Assembly: GCF_964204645.1 (NCBI RefSeq)
Contig: NC_134034.1
Location: 2,993,814-3,057,813, forward strand
Direction of reading: 5' to 3'
Source: Tubulanus polymorphus
Lineage: Eukaryota > Animalia > Nemertea
DNA: 64,000 bases
How positions within the stretch are numbered: the first letter of the stretch is position 1; the number at the start of each line of letters is the position of its first letter. The notes below the pieces were generated by a model. The model had not been told where the DNA came from, did not search any database, and was given only the letters and a program-made list of their open reading frames with translations. A program made the translations under genes and the position numbers. Positions 63,573-64,000 of this stretch are shown in pieces.

Positions 63573-64000
63573 GTAACGTATCCATATATCCATTAATGAA
63601 CCTTTTCTAGTCTTAGGTTGCGATATGTTTGGGGCAGTATTTATGGTTCTGTCCTAATAAAGCTTTTGTAAGCAGTTTGAGATGTCCCTTTGTGTGTATA
63701 TTTTGTGTATATTTATTTTATTATTGTGACATGTAGTCATAAGTCTTCTTTACCAACATATAATATATACATTTCAACACTACCCAGCCCTCAACGGGCT
63801 TATAAGTCACCATTAATTAGATTTATTTATAAATATATATATTTGATAGTTAGCCATTAATATTTGAAACTGTTGTTGTTTTGTTAGTTCTTGGAAGTCA
63901 TGCACCTCCTGTGACATATCCACAAAAAGTTTATACCGTTCTTGTTTGTTTTTCTTGCATGACATAATAAAGTGAAATTCATCTTTGTATGCGGATTGAG

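Overview
Eukaryotic, intron-containing, AT-rich animal DNA; an invertebrate origin is inferred from gene content and repeat landscape. The window is dominated by a recent, nearly identical segmental duplication. Block ~5902-26145 matches ~43763-62948, and a third partial copy at ~26144-35099 repeats ~10758-19718. The duplicated block carries tRNA-Phe(GAA), two tandem 4-coding-exon single-domain TIMP/NTR-like genes (A and B, missed as whole genes by the ORF track), a convergent 2-coding-exon secreted protein with a cationic domain and an acidic 7-aa-repeat tail, and the 5' end of FTCD. The unique segment 35100-43762 holds a 2-exon single-cysteine-cluster Toll-like receptor, a TLR fragment, tRNA-Asp(GTC) and an intronless FMRFamide-receptor-like GPCR. 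Highlights: TIMP-A and TIMP-B have lost different, complete disulfide pairs; one duplication junction creates an in-frame FTCD::TIMP chimeric gene; the secreted protein looks like an antimicrobial or cytolytic peptide precursor; a Penelope-type minimal hammerhead ribozyme lies in an inverted repeat upstream of FTCD; and the TLR TIR domain lacks the BB-loop proline. Many MITEs, LINE fragments and satellites are present. Some of the duplication could be an assembly artefact (haplotype duplication), which cannot be excluded from the sequence alone.
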